A stretch of DNA of 64,000 nucleotides from a virus. Both the position numbers and the translations under genes were made by a program. Positions 28,945 to 38,851 of this stretch are shown piece by piece (the stretch's first letter is position 1; the number at the start of each line of letters is the position of its first letter). Location of the stretch: positions 64,001-128,000 of the IMG/VR virus record IMGVR_UViG_3300009103_001934; one strand, given 5' to 3'. Below the pieces are notes generated by a model, which was not told the DNA's origin, did no database searches, and worked only from the letters and a program-made list of their open reading frames with translations.

Positions 28945-29289
28945 ATGCCCAGAAAAAAGCATTATGAAGTGGAACTACTCACTCCTAATAGCCTGAAGGC
29001 CAAGAGGAAGAGAGTAGTCCGGTGTTTAACGCCAAAATGTCAGTTGAGGTACTCTGTAAAGGATTACGAAATACTTTACGACAACAAAAAATTAATGTAT
29101 TTTGACGCAAGCTCTATCCTAGTTAAGAGTAAGTCAATTATTTGCCATGATTGTTTGTTTAGGCACATTTTAGCCCTAACAGGCTCGAAGGTAGCAAAAG
29201 TATTAATCGTAAATCCAGACAAGGGCACAGCTAAAATATGTAAATTTTATCCGAAGGGAGACAAAAAGTGGCTAGACGAAGATGAATAA
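28945..29289 (+). CDS. Hypothetical protein with Cys pairs
   Basis: CLTPKC and ICHDC; possible Zn site. Confidence 0.55.
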   Translation: MPRKKHYEVELLTPNSLKAKRKRVVRCLTPKCQLRYSVKDYEILYDNKKLMYFDASSILVKSKSIICHDCLFRHILALTGSKVAKVLIVNPDKGTAKICKFYPKGDKKWLDEDE

Positions 29290-29923
29290 ATTAAATTTAA
29301 AAGATGTGACTTTATTTTGTATAGACGATATGGCCCCGATAAAGGCCCATGCCGTTATGGAGTCTGTTTGTAATAATATAGAATTCGGTGACGTTAAACT
29401 GTTCTCTTCTAGAAGCGAAGAGTGTGTAACAAACAAATTAGAAAAGCCGATTAATACGCTGTTAAATTATAGCACATTTGCAGTTTATGAACTTCACGAA
29501 CATATTGATACAGAATTTGCGATGTGCATGCAGCGAGACGGTTATCCTCTAAGACCAGCGAGTTGGACAGATGATTTTTTAAGGTTTGATTATATTGGTG
29601 CGCCGTGGACTTGGGCGGCGGGATATAGAGCAGTAGGAAAGCATGAGTGTGAAGTAGGTAGATGTGTGGGAAATGGCGGGTTTAGCATTAGGTCTAAAAG
29701 GTTAATGGAGGAAGCGGCCAAGCATGAATATGATGGAGACTTAAACGAAGATGCCTTTATATGTAAAAAAATAGCACACAAGCTTGAAGCTAAGGGTATC
29801 AGGTTTGCTCCAGTAGAGTTAGCCTCTTATTTTTCTGTCGAAAACGGGGTTTATGAATTTCAATTCGGGTTTCATGGTAGAAAAACTCAAGAAATAAACA
29901 AGAAACTGGGGGTATTTAAATGA
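29282..29923 (+). CDS. DUF5672-like glycosyltransferase-related protein
   Basis: QRDG, FDYIGAPW, VGNGGFSIRSK, EDAF, FGFHG. Confidence 0.75.
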   Translation: MNKLNLKDVTLFCIDDMAPIKAHAVMESVCNNIEFGDVKLFSSRSEECVTNKLEKPINTLLNYSTFAVYELHEHIDTEFAMCMQRDGYPLRPASWTDDFLRFDYIGAPWTWAAGYRAVGKHECEVGRCVGNGGFSIRSKRLMEEAAKHEYDGDLNEDAFICKKIAHKLEAKGIRFAPVELASYFSVENGVYEFQFGFHGRKTQEINKKLGVFK

Positions 29924-29924
29924 T

Positions 29925-30422
29925 ATGGATGAGTTCAGTCAAAATTTTCACATGACATTAATTAATTCTTGGAGAGCAGAGTACCCTGATAAAAAATTAG
30001 TTGTAACTAATGGATGCTTTGACATACTTCACGTGGGGCACGTTAAGTATCTTCAAAAAGCTAGGGAGCTAGGCGACGCACTTTTAGTAGGTCTTAACGG
30101 AGACGACTCTGTTAGGCAGCTAAAGGGGCCGAATAGGCCGATCAATAACCAAGACGATAGAGCGGACGTGCTATCTGCGTTATCTTGCGTAGATTTTGTT
30201 TATATTTTCAAAGACTCTAGAGCTACAAATTTTTTGAAAGAGTCCAAGCCGGATATATATGTTAAGGCCGGAGATTATACACTCGATACGCTGTATCCTC
30301 CAGAAAGGTGCGCGTTAGAACTTATAGGTAGCAGAATAGAGTTCCTACCTTTTATTGAAGGAAAGTCTACCACAAGTATATTGAGGCAATCTATGCGTCG
30401 AAAAGAAAGGCAATCAATTTAA
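29925..30422 (+). CDS. HldE/RfaE domain II heptose-1-phosphate adenylyltransferase
   Basis: TNGCFDILHVGH, LLVGLNGDDSV..LKG..RP, STTSI. Confidence 0.9.
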   Translation: MDEFSQNFHMTLINSWRAEYPDKKLVVTNGCFDILHVGHVKYLQKARELGDALLVGLNGDDSVRQLKGPNRPINNQDDRADVLSALSCVDFVYIFKDSRATNFLKESKPDIYVKAGDYTLDTLYPPERCALELIGSRIEFLPFIEGKSTTSILRQSMRRKERQSI

Positions 30423-30425
30423 ATC

Positions 30426-31283
30426 ATGAAACCCAGTAAAGAACATAATGATAATTCATTATCGATTTATATGAAAGAGGCGGGTAAGTACGATCTACTC
30501 ACCAAAGAAGAAGAGACCCAACTTTTTAAAATCCTGCACTCCAAGACTCGGAAGAAAATAAGAAAAGAGGTAAGAGAAAGGATAATTAAATCTAATTTAA
30601 AACTAGTAGTCAAAATAGCGAAAGAATATCGCAATTTGGGTTTAGATTATGAAGATTTAATCGAGGAGGGCAATATCGGACTAATGACAGCAGTAGACAA
30701 GTTCAACCCCAAAAAAGGAGCAAAATTATCTTACTACGCTTCTTTTTGGATAAAGCAGACTATCAGAAGAGCAATTAGCAACAAGGGTAGAACTATAAGA
30801 TTACCGGTAGCGGTCGTAGAGTCGAAATTGAAAGTTTCGAAATATGTGGAAGACTACGAGTCAAAAAATGATGATAGCCCGACCGACGAACAAATTGCAA
30901 ACGCCACGGGATTAAGTAATAAAAAAGTAAAGTTACTCACGAGCCTTGGTTTTCAGTCAGACTCCCTCAATAGAGTGATACAAACAGAAGAGGCTGGGGA
31001 AGAAAGTGAGTTACAATCATTAATTCAAGATAAGTCAGTCATAGACCCGGCGCAGCTTTTCTTAAAGAAAGACGGGCGAGAGGTTCTGATGAAACTGGTT
31101 GATAACTTAGAGGAGAGACAAAGATATATAATAATTCACAGATTTGGCCTAGGGAATACCGAAAGGCAAACCCTAGAAACTATAGGCAAAAAGTTCAACC
31201 TTACAAGGGAGAGAATTAGACAGCTTGAAACCGCAGCGCTCGAAAATCTAAGAGATATAATAAGCGGAAAAAATGAAATTTAA
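30426..31283 (+). CDS. RNA polymerase sigma70-family factor (regions 1.2-4)
   Basis: YMKE...LLT.EEE, SNLKLVV.IAK, DLIEEGNIGLM.AV.KF, WIKQ.I, TRERIRQ. Confidence 0.92.
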   Translation: MKPSKEHNDNSLSIYMKEAGKYDLLTKEEETQLFKILHSKTRKKIRKEVRERIIKSNLKLVVKIAKEYRNLGLDYEDLIEEGNIGLMTAVDKFNPKKGAKLSYYASFWIKQTIRRAISNKGRTIRLPVAVVESKLKVSKYVEDYESKNDDSPTDEQIANATGLSNKKVKLLTSLGFQSDSLNRVIQTEEAGEESELQSLIQDKSVIDPAQLFLKKDGREVLMKLVDNLEERQRYIIIHRFGLGNTERQTLETIGKKFNLTRERIRQLETAALENLRDIISGKNEI

Positions 31284-31572
31284 AAACGCAGATGGGGCTG
31301 AATATCAGATATTTTTCCGAAAACCAAACCGGAGATATTATGGGCGAACTTGTGACGGTTATTGTACTGATCCGCATAGGTCCAATCCTAAAATATACAT
31401 AAATCCCCACAGAACTGACCAAACTCAATTAAATACCCTCATACATGAAGTGGCACACGCCTTCTTCTGGGATAAAAGTGAGAAAGAAGTAAAAAAATAT
31501 GCGGACACCATGAGCAGATTACTTTATAATGAATTAGGCTGGCGAAAAATCGAAAAAGATGATATTATATAA
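31273..31572 (+). CDS. Small HExxH zincin-like protein
   Basis: NTLIHEVAHA. Confidence 0.65.
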   Translation: MKFKNADGAEYQIFFRKPNRRYYGRTCDGYCTDPHRSNPKIYINPHRTDQTQLNTLIHEVAHAFFWDKSEKEVKKYADTMSRLLYNELGWRKIEKDDII

Positions 31573-31574
31573 TA

Positions 31575-32156
31575 ATGAGACTAGATCATATAGCTTATAG
31601 ATCGAAAGACAGGAAGAAGACAGCTAAGTTTTTTAAAGATTGTTTCGGTTATAAAGTCGGGGCAGAATTTGATTTGAAATTTGATGACGGCAGCACTACT
31701 GATTGTATAGCCCTTGCTCCTCCCGAAAAAAGGCATGACGAGACGGAAAATTGGATTTTTAAGAAATTAATGGCTACCCACTATGCTGGGCCGTCCGACC
31801 CGCTATACATGGTAGATTGTGAGTTTCATGCTCCCCCTGAGATTTTCGTTAGCGATGGCCCAGCGGGCTCCATAGTAGGTGACTGGGTGGAAGAACGAGG
31901 AGGGATAGGCGGCGTACATCATATGGCTTACCAAGTTGAAGATGTGGCGGCGACCATGCAATTATGGAAAGAGAAAGGGTACGCAGAGTTTTATTCGGAA
32001 GAGCCCTTAGTTTGCGAAGAAACGCACCTTACGCAAGTTTTTTCAAAGCCTTCCGAATTAACAGGGGTAATTTATGAGCTTATTAAAAGGGGTAAGGATA
32101 ATAAAGGGTTTTGCGAAGTCAACGTTAAAGGACTTATGGAAAGCACTAGGAAATGA
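31575..32156 (+). CDS. VOC-fold protein like the C-terminal domain of 4-hydroxyphenylpyruvate dioxygenase
   Basis: DHIAY, GVHHMAY, LTQVFS, YELIKR, GFCEVNVKGLMES. Confidence 0.7.
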   Translation: MRLDHIAYRSKDRKKTAKFFKDCFGYKVGAEFDLKFDDGSTTDCIALAPPEKRHDETENWIFKKLMATHYAGPSDPLYMVDCEFHAPPEIFVSDGPAGSIVGDWVEERGGIGGVHHMAYQVEDVAATMQLWKEKGYAEFYSEEPLVCEETHLTQVFSKPSELTGVIYELIKRGKDNKGFCEVNVKGLMESTRK

Positions 32157-32157
32157 T

Positions 32158-33696
32158 ATGAGAGACTTTGAAGGTAGAAATTATATAAACGGAGAGTGGA
32201 GAGCCACTTCAGAAATGTATACCAAAATTAATCCGTCTACGGGTAAAGCTCAGGGAGCGTTCCCCTCGAGTGGGCCAAGTGAGGTAGCTAAAGCTGTACT
32301 GTGTGCGAGAAAGGCCTTTAGAAAATGGAGAAAAGTCAGCAGATTTGTTCGTTCGGATTATATGAATAAGGTGGCGCAATTAATTGAAGAGCGCAGAGAT
32401 AAGCTCGCAAAGGTGATTTCGTTAGAAACTGGAAAAAATTATAATGAATCTATTGCGGAAGTGAATGAGGCCCTACATATGGCCCAATTCGCTTTCGGTT
32501 CTGGCCGCTACCCTCATGGAGAAGCGGTAGCGTCTGAAATTGAGGATAAAGATTCTTATATGCTTCGTAAGCCAAAAGGTGTAATAGCTATAGTAACACC
32601 TTTTAATTTTCCACTAGCTATCGGTATGTTTTGGAATGCCGCACCGGCCCTAGTGGAAGGAAATACGATTGTAATTAAACCAAGTGAAGATGCTCCGATG
32701 TCAACGCAAATGGCTGTCCAAATTTATGCGGACGCTGGTATCCCACGCGGGGTCATTAATATGGTTCACGGTGACGGTACTACTGGTAATCTCTTGGTTC
32801 GTGATGATGTCGATCATATTTGTTTTACTGGTTCTGCCGATGTCGGACAACATATTCGTAAAGTGGCTGCTGAATCTTGGCACAAAACTACCTCCTGCGA
32901 ATTAGGAAGTAAGTCGGCCTGCATCGTTTTCGATGACGTGGAGTTAGACTTGGCCGTGGAAGCGGCGGTAGCAAGCGCATTTAAATTATCTGGACAGAGA
33001 TGCGTTTCTTCTGGACGGATGATCGTTCAAAGGAACATCTTGAATGGGTTCATCGCGAAGTTCGTAGAAAAGGCCTCCAAATTAAAGACGGGTAATCCGT
33101 TTACATCTAATCTCGGTACGTCAGGATGCCCTGACGGTATGGTTTGGGAAGAGTTAGTACCGGATAATAATATTTATTACGGCCCCATAATAAATAAACA
33201 AGGGTTTGAGAAAATAAAAAAATATAACGAGATGGTTAGGGTTGATAGAGATGCTGAAGTCTTACTCGAGCCAAGCTACGAGACAATAAATGATAAAGCT
33301 TTTTATTCGACGCCTATGGTATATAAGAGTGAATGGCGTGGTATTGATGCCCCATATCTCAGGGACGAGGTTTTTGGTCCTCACGTAGCCATTATCCCCT
33401 TTGATACAGTCGAAGACGCGATTCGCATTTATAACGATACGGAATACGGGCTTGCGGTTGGAATCTTGACAAACGACTTCAGGAAAGCTAGGCTTATGCG
33501 GGACGAGTGCGACGCGGGTATGATTTATTGGAATGGTGGTTCTATTGCCGCCGAATCTCATCTTGCTTTTGGTGGTGTTAAGAAGTCTGGAAACGGATTC
33601 CCAAGTGCTGCCAGAACTTTTAGAGCAGTAACCCATGAAATAAGTTGGACGGTTAATCATGCGGATAGATTAACTTTTCCCCAAGGAATGAAATAA
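32158..33696 (+). CDS. Aldehyde dehydrogenase
   Basis: TPFNFP, KPSE, FTGS, ELGSK, GQRC (catalytic Cys), EVFGP, FGGVKKSG. Confidence 0.92.
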   Translation: MRDFEGRNYINGEWRATSEMYTKINPSTGKAQGAFPSSGPSEVAKAVLCARKAFRKWRKVSRFVRSDYMNKVAQLIEERRDKLAKVISLETGKNYNESIAEVNEALHMAQFAFGSGRYPHGEAVASEIEDKDSYMLRKPKGVIAIVTPFNFPLAIGMFWNAAPALVEGNTIVIKPSEDAPMSTQMAVQIYADAGIPRGVINMVHGDGTTGNLLVRDDVDHICFTGSADVGQHIRKVAAESWHKTTSCELGSKSACIVFDDVELDLAVEAAVASAFKLSGQRCVSSGRMIVQRNILNGFIAKFVEKASKLKTGNPFTSNLGTSGCPDGMVWEELVPDNNIYYGPIINKQGFEKIKKYNEMVRVDRDAEVLLEPSYETINDKAFYSTPMVYKSEWRGIDAPYLRDEVFGPHVAIIPFDTVEDAIRIYNDTEYGLAVGILTNDFRKARLMRDECDAGMIYWNGGSIAAESHLAFGGVKKSGNGFPSAARTFRAVTHEISWTVNHADRLTFPQGMK

Positions 33697-33697
33697 T

Positions 33698-35299
33698 ATG
33701 AAAGCGAAATCACTTTATACAATTTGCGTTAATCAGGATATACTCAGAAAAACGGGGCATGAATGCATAAGGTCATTTTTTAATGAAGGGATAGAGGGAG
33801 ATCTCTTAGTCGCGTACGAAGGGGGAGACCCAATCAAAAGCGAAATATTGGCGTTGGCGACGAGCGTTGAGTCGGCTAAAAGTAGACTATTATTAGTGCA
33901 CGATTTGGATAAGAATGAAATTCTCAATAAGGTACTTGAGGAAAACAAGGACGTGATTCCGGAAGATTACGGCGGCTCTAACGCAGAGATGAATAGAGGC
34001 AATCTCCCCGAAAGCGCTTTGATAGCGCTAGGAGCTAAAAAATATTTTAAATACAGAGCGTCAAAATGGTGGAGGGTATTTGCAACTTTAGACGCTGCAG
34101 CTAAGCAGCCAGATTACGAATACGTAATACAGATTGATGCGGACGTGGCATTCGTTAAGCCTATAACTCAGGACAAAATAGATTTAGAAATGGAAGACAA
34201 CGCCATACTTTACCACGAAGGCCCACATCGTCAAGGCAAAGTCGAAGATGGGGTTCAAGGCTTGGGGGTAGAAACTTCTTTTACAGTATACAGTAAGGCG
34301 CATGGTGGATATGATATAATTTATAAATTAATGGATAAATTAGTCAGCAAGGATTTTAAGAATTACGATAGATGGGACGATAGCTTTTTGTTGGGCAAAA
34401 TAGTCAACGAAGAAGTAGATTTTAAATGTAGAGATGCTTCCGAAGGGGACGAAACAAAAAATACTGACGTCGTCGATAGGGGGCCGTTCAAAGAGCACGT
34501 TCGTCATTTTAAAGGGCTAAATGGGGGGTGTCCTATAGGTAGAGCAAAACTTGTAACGTACCTTAAAAATAAAGGAGATCAACTTAACTCGGACGCTTAT
34601 AAGGATGCGGTCGAGGAGGAAATAAAATCTCCCACAAGCGTACAAGATATAGCTAAGTATATAGATCACAGTGCTGCGAGCGCAGTTAGTAGGGTACAAA
34701 CCCCGCCCACTAAAACTAGGCTAAGGAATAGTGAGCGATTAAAAAGCGGCAGAATAAAAACCACGGAGGATAAGGGAGTTAAATTAAATTTAGCTTGTGG
34801 GTCCATGTACTTAGAGGGATATATTAATATTGACGATAATAGTCACGCTTCATGGGCGATGGATAATGGCGTGCGAGGAGCGTATTTAGATAAAGTGGAT
34901 AAAGAAGAAAACATATTTGAATTGGAATATGAGGAGGAATCTGTAGATGAAGTTTTATTATCTCATTTTATGATGTATATTGATAGAAATGAAGCTCCGC
35001 GTTTTATAAATAAAATATATAGATGGTTAAAGCCGGGCGGTAAATTTACGGTAGAGACAGGGGATTTAAAAGCGGTGTGTAAAAATATACTTACAAGTAG
35101 TGACCCGGAATATCTTGATGGATTTGACGGAATAAGACAACTGTTTGGCTGGGAACAGTCTTGTTGTCATAAGTGGGCTTGGTGTGAAGATAATTTGAAG
35201 CCGCTATTCGTGAGCGCAGGCTTTAGCGAGATCTCAATCGAGCGCGGAATTTATCATAAAAATCCAAAAAGAGATTTTATAATAGAAGGGATAAAATAG
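33698..35299 (+). CDS. Fused glycosyltransferase-like plus SAM methyltransferase
   Basis: N-half IDAD (DxD); C-half LNLACG...GYINID, LKPGG. Confidence 0.7.
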   Translation: MKAKSLYTICVNQDILRKTGHECIRSFFNEGIEGDLLVAYEGGDPIKSEILALATSVESAKSRLLLVHDLDKNEILNKVLEENKDVIPEDYGGSNAEMNRGNLPESALIALGAKKYFKYRASKWWRVFATLDAAAKQPDYEYVIQIDADVAFVKPITQDKIDLEMEDNAILYHEGPHRQGKVEDGVQGLGVETSFTVYSKAHGGYDIIYKLMDKLVSKDFKNYDRWDDSFLLGKIVNEEVDFKCRDASEGDETKNTDVVDRGPFKEHVRHFKGLNGGCPIGRAKLVTYLKNKGDQLNSDAYKDAVEEEIKSPTSVQDIAKYIDHSAASAVSRVQTPPTKTRLRNSERLKSGRIKTTEDKGVKLNLACGSMYLEGYINIDDNSHASWAMDNGVRGAYLDKVDKEENIFELEYEEESVDEVLLSHFMMYIDRNEAPRFINKIYRWLKPGGKFTVETGDLKAVCKNILTSSDPEYLDGFDGIRQLFGWEQSCCHKWAWCEDNLKPLFVSAGFSEISIERGIYHKNPKRDFIIEGIK

Positions 35300-35302
35300 C
35301 CC

Positions 35303-36424
35303 ATGGATCCAATTATAAATAAATCAGCAGATAGAGTAATTCCCGTCGCTCAACCATTTATAGGTAAGCAGGAAACCAAAGCGGTATCTGATTTGGTTGA
35401 GAGCGGGTGGATTTCTCAGGGACAGAAAGTTAATGACTTTGAAAGGGTATTCTCTCGTTCGCACGGTAAGCAATATGGTTCAGCTTGCAACTCGGGCACA
35501 ACGGCTCTGCATTTAGCCTTAGCCGTATGCGATGTGTCTGAGGGCGACGAAGTTATAATGCCCGATTTCACCATGATTGCTCTAGCGAACGCGGTACTTC
35601 TTACGGGGGGTACTCCCGTATTTGCCGATGTGACTTACGGTGTAGGAAATTTGAATCTTGAATTAATTAAGGCCAAAATAACAAATAAAACTAAAGCTGT
35701 TATTGTAGTTCATACTTACGGAGAGCCTATAGATGATATTATAGAAATAAGCACTTACCTAAAGGGGAGAGGAATAGCTCTCATAGAGGACTGCGCTGAA
35801 TCTCATTACGCTGTACATAAATCTGGTCGAGTAGTAGGTTCTTTCGGCGACTTAGCAGTTTTTAGCTTCTATGCAAATAAAAATATCACCACGGGTGAAG
35901 GGGGAATGGTAACAACGGACGATAAGGAAGTAAAAGATAGATTGGATAGAGTAAGGATGCACGCTTTCACTCCGGGAATGCACTTTACTCATACGGAGAG
36001 GGCTTTCGGGTATAGAATGACAAATATGCAAGCGGCTATGGGTATTGTCCAGCATAATAGACATGAAGAGTTTATGACTTACAGAGGGAGCTTAAGGAGA
36101 AGATACGAAAACAATCTTAAGGATATACCAGCGAACTTCTTAGAAATACCCCCGACGACAGCTAGTTCTGCTTGGTGGATTATGCCGATCCTAGCAGATG
36201 GACATAGAGATTCTATGCGCATAGCGTTAGCAGATAACGGGATAGAAACGAGAACGTATTTTTTCCCGATGCACACGCAGGCTTTTTTAACCGAGTATAG
36301 CTCTGGAGCGTACCCTATATCAGATAAACTGGGGCAGATCGGGTTCTATTTACCATTAAACCCAACCCTGTCTTTTGACGATATAGATTATATTTCTGAG
36401 GTGCTAGTTAACTATAATAAATAA
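35303..36424 (+). CDS. DegT/DnrJ/EryC1 sugar aminotransferase (perosamine synthase-like)
   Basis: SGTTALHLAL, IEDCAES, SFYANKNITTGEGG. Confidence 0.92.
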   Translation: MDPIINKSADRVIPVAQPFIGKQETKAVSDLVESGWISQGQKVNDFERVFSRSHGKQYGSACNSGTTALHLALAVCDVSEGDEVIMPDFTMIALANAVLLTGGTPVFADVTYGVGNLNLELIKAKITNKTKAVIVVHTYGEPIDDIIEISTYLKGRGIALIEDCAESHYAVHKSGRVVGSFGDLAVFSFYANKNITTGEGGMVTTDDKEVKDRLDRVRMHAFTPGMHFTHTERAFGYRMTNMQAAMGIVQHNRHEEFMTYRGSLRRRYENNLKDIPANFLEIPPTTASSAWWIMPILADGHRDSMRIALADNGIETRTYFFPMHTQAFLTEYSSGAYPISDKLGQIGFYLPLNPTLSFDDIDYISEVLVNYNK

Positions 36425-36433
36425 GGAAAAAAC

Positions 36434-36766
36434 ATGGAAGAAAATAATAAACAAGAAAATAACGAGGAGAACGTGGGGCTACCTAAGTTCAGCGATCTAG
36501 ACAAAAATGATGACGGAGTCCTGTCTCAAGAGGAGTATTCTGGCGCAGCGCCCGACCTTCCTCAACTACAAGATAGTGGCCCAGCAAGCGTCTGGAGATC
36601 TAAACACGGTTATTCTCTTAACGTTGACCCTCAAGCTTGGGGCCTAACCGAAGAAGAAGCGTTCAAGGCCCTATCCGAAGCAGAACAAAATAAAAGCTGG
36701 GACGACCCGCAAGTGGACGCGGACAGCGTTTTGCGAGCGGCACAGAACAGAAAATCAGGAATGTAG
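36434..36766 (+). CDS. Acidic protein with one EF-hand
   Basis: DLDKNDDGVLSQEE matches the EF-hand loop. Confidence 0.6.
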   Translation: MEENNKQENNEENVGLPKFSDLDKNDDGVLSQEEYSGAAPDLPQLQDSGPASVWRSKHGYSLNVDPQAWGLTEEEAFKALSEAEQNKSWDDPQVDADSVLRAAQNRKSGM

Positions 36767-36770
36767 TTAT

Positions 36771-37043
36771 ATGATAGATATCGACAAAATTGATTTTGAA
36801 GACAGTTGGGATAAAGCCGAGCCGCCCGACCCGTTAGCGTTCGATTCTCGTAACGGTTGGGGCATATGGGTAAAATGGTTAGGTTACGTGCACGAAGAAA
36901 CTGGGAAAAAGCTCACAAAAGAAAAAGCTTTAGAAATGTGCAAAGAAGAAGACGACGCGCATCACTACAAGGATCATGTCGGGTTTAGACCTAGGCGCAT
37001 TTTTGAAGCTCGTGGCTGGAAGTGTTTAGACTGCAGGAGCTAA
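36771..37043 (+). CDS. Hypothetical protein
   Basis: 90 aa ORF. Confidence 0.55.
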   Translation: MIDIDKIDFEDSWDKAEPPDPLAFDSRNGWGIWVKWLGYVHEETGKKLTKEKALEMCKEEDDAHHYKDHVGFRPRRIFEARGWKCLDCRS

Positions 37044-37045
37044 AT

Positions 37046-37696
37046 ATGGAAGTTGAAACGTATTTGCTTCAATCAAAAGCCGACGCAGAAGCACGACAAG
37101 TTAGAATAGAGCCAGTGTGTCTCGAAAATCATGAGCGTGACCCTCTTAAAACGGGAGGTTTTACTAGGCATTACATGATGCTTTATGCTCTAGTTTATGG
37201 CATGGAAGCCAAAAATGTTTTTGAATTTGGTATGGGGTTTACCACGCAAACCATATTTGAAGCATTAAAAAGTACGGGCGGGCGACTTACTACGGTTGAC
37301 TTAAGAAGTAAAGAGCATTTTGGTGAACTCCCTATCTTTAAAAATGACCTAGGAGCATGGGTATACCACAACGGAAAGTCTGGAGAGGTAGTCCCGCAGA
37401 TCGATCATTCTCCGTACGATATTGTACTTCATGATGGCTCTCACAATCCAGAGGAGGTAACGGAAGATTTAAATAATATTCTTCCTTATATAAAAAAGGG
37501 CGGGCTTTTGTTAGTGCATGATACGAATCATTACGCGCTGGGAGTGCGCATGATGAGCGGAGTCGAAGGTAGCGACCTAAAAGACTACCAGTACGAAATA
37601 CTAACATTACCTTACAGTTTCGGATTAACTATTATAAGGCTGTTAAGCTCTAAGACTGACGAGGAAGTTGAAATAAATTGGCAACCTAAGAAATAA
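37046..37696 (+). CDS. Class I SAM methyltransferase (Methyltransf_24-like)
   Basis: FEFGMG, DIVLHDGSH, GGLLLVHD. Confidence 0.85.
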   Translation: MEVETYLLQSKADAEARQVRIEPVCLENHERDPLKTGGFTRHYMMLYALVYGMEAKNVFEFGMGFTTQTIFEALKSTGGRLTTVDLRSKEHFGELPIFKNDLGAWVYHNGKSGEVVPQIDHSPYDIVLHDGSHNPEEVTEDLNNILPYIKKGGLLLVHDTNHYALGVRMMSGVEGSDLKDYQYEILTLPYSFGLTIIRLLSSKTDEEVEINWQPKK

Positions 37697-37799
37697 ATAT
37701 TATGGCAAACAAAGAAAAAAGAAAAAAAGAGAAAAAGAAAACCCCCAAATTAACCCCAGCAGAGAAGCGGAAGAAAAAAAGAGAAAAGAAGAGACAAAA

Positions 37800-38438
37800 G
37801 TGAGAAAAAAAGTACTAATAGATATTGGTTCAAACGTCGGAGATTCAATAAGGCTCTTTAAGGAGCATCTTGGGCCGTTTGACGAGATATTCGCTTTTGA
37901 ACCGAACCCCCACCACTTTATTCTTTACGATGATTTTCCAGATGTAAAATTAAATACGGCAGCGGCGTGGACTTACGACGGAAAGATTAAATTTAATATA
38001 TACAACGATAAAAACATGGCTTGTTCGGGCTTATACCAAAGAGAGAATATGCAAGCGGAAGAAATAGAGGTAGATTGTCTGGACATTTCTAATTGGCTGA
38101 ATCGGAATATAGGTTACGGTCACGCTCCCGAAAGAAAGGATGATTACGTCATCATGAAAGTCGATATTGAAGGAGCAGAGTTTAAAGTGATAGAGCACCT
38201 TCTTAAAAATGGAGGTCTTGAATATGTTAACCAGCTTTATGTAGAGCATCACAAGCGAGGAAGAAACACGGCTCGAGGCGGAGGAGGAGGAGACGGTAAA
38301 GGAAAAACTGGAAATATTATCAGAGATGAATATTGGGAAGCAAGTAAATTACGTACGCAGTTGTCTTCTTTAAACTTTGATAGATTAGAATTTTCTAAAA
38401 GCGATTTGGCGCTATTGTTTAAAAACGACATGTTATGA
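37800..38438 (+). CDS. FkbM-family methyltransferase
   Basis: IDIGSNVG, AFEPNP, MKVDIEGAE, VEHH. Confidence 0.85.
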   Translation: MRKKVLIDIGSNVGDSIRLFKEHLGPFDEIFAFEPNPHHFILYDDFPDVKLNTAAAWTYDGKIKFNIYNDKNMACSGLYQRENMQAEEIEVDCLDISNWLNRNIGYGHAPERKDDYVIMKVDIEGAEFKVIEHLLKNGGLEYVNQLYVEHHKRGRNTARGGGGGDGKGKTGNIIRDEYWEASKLRTQLSSLNFDRLEFSKSDLALLFKNDML

Positions 38439-38851
38439 GAAATCAACATCCAGAAGCAGAACAATATAGGCAACTAGCAAAAGACATGCATTTTCATGAG
38501 TCAAAAAAGTTGTCTTCTGACGATAGGCAGGTAGTGTTAGTGGATATTGACGAGACAATTTGTTTTTACCCAGACAAGAGGCAATATAACCTCGCCGAAC
38601 CGAGTCACGAAAATATAGCAAAAATAAATAAGATGTATGACGAGGGCTGGTATGTAGTCTATTGGACTGCCAGAGGCGGCTCCCAAAAATCTATTTCGTT
38701 GGGTAAGTGTTATTATGAGTTTACTTGGAAGCAGCTAGAATCATGGGGTTGTAAATTCCATGACCTTTCAACAGGATCAAAAGGTAAATACATTAAGCCA
38801 GCTTGTGATCTGGTGATAGACGATAAGGCGAAAAGAATTGAAGAAATATGA
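38435..38851 (+). CDS. Small HAD-family phosphatase
   Basis: VDIDETI, WTARG, GK, IDD. Confidence 0.8.
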   Translation: MRNQHPEAEQYRQLAKDMHFHESKKLSSDDRQVVLVDIDETICFYPDKRQYNLAEPSHENIAKINKMYDEGWYVVYWTARGGSQKSISLGKCYYEFTWKQLESWGCKFHDLSTGSKGKYIKPACDLVIDDKAKRIEEI

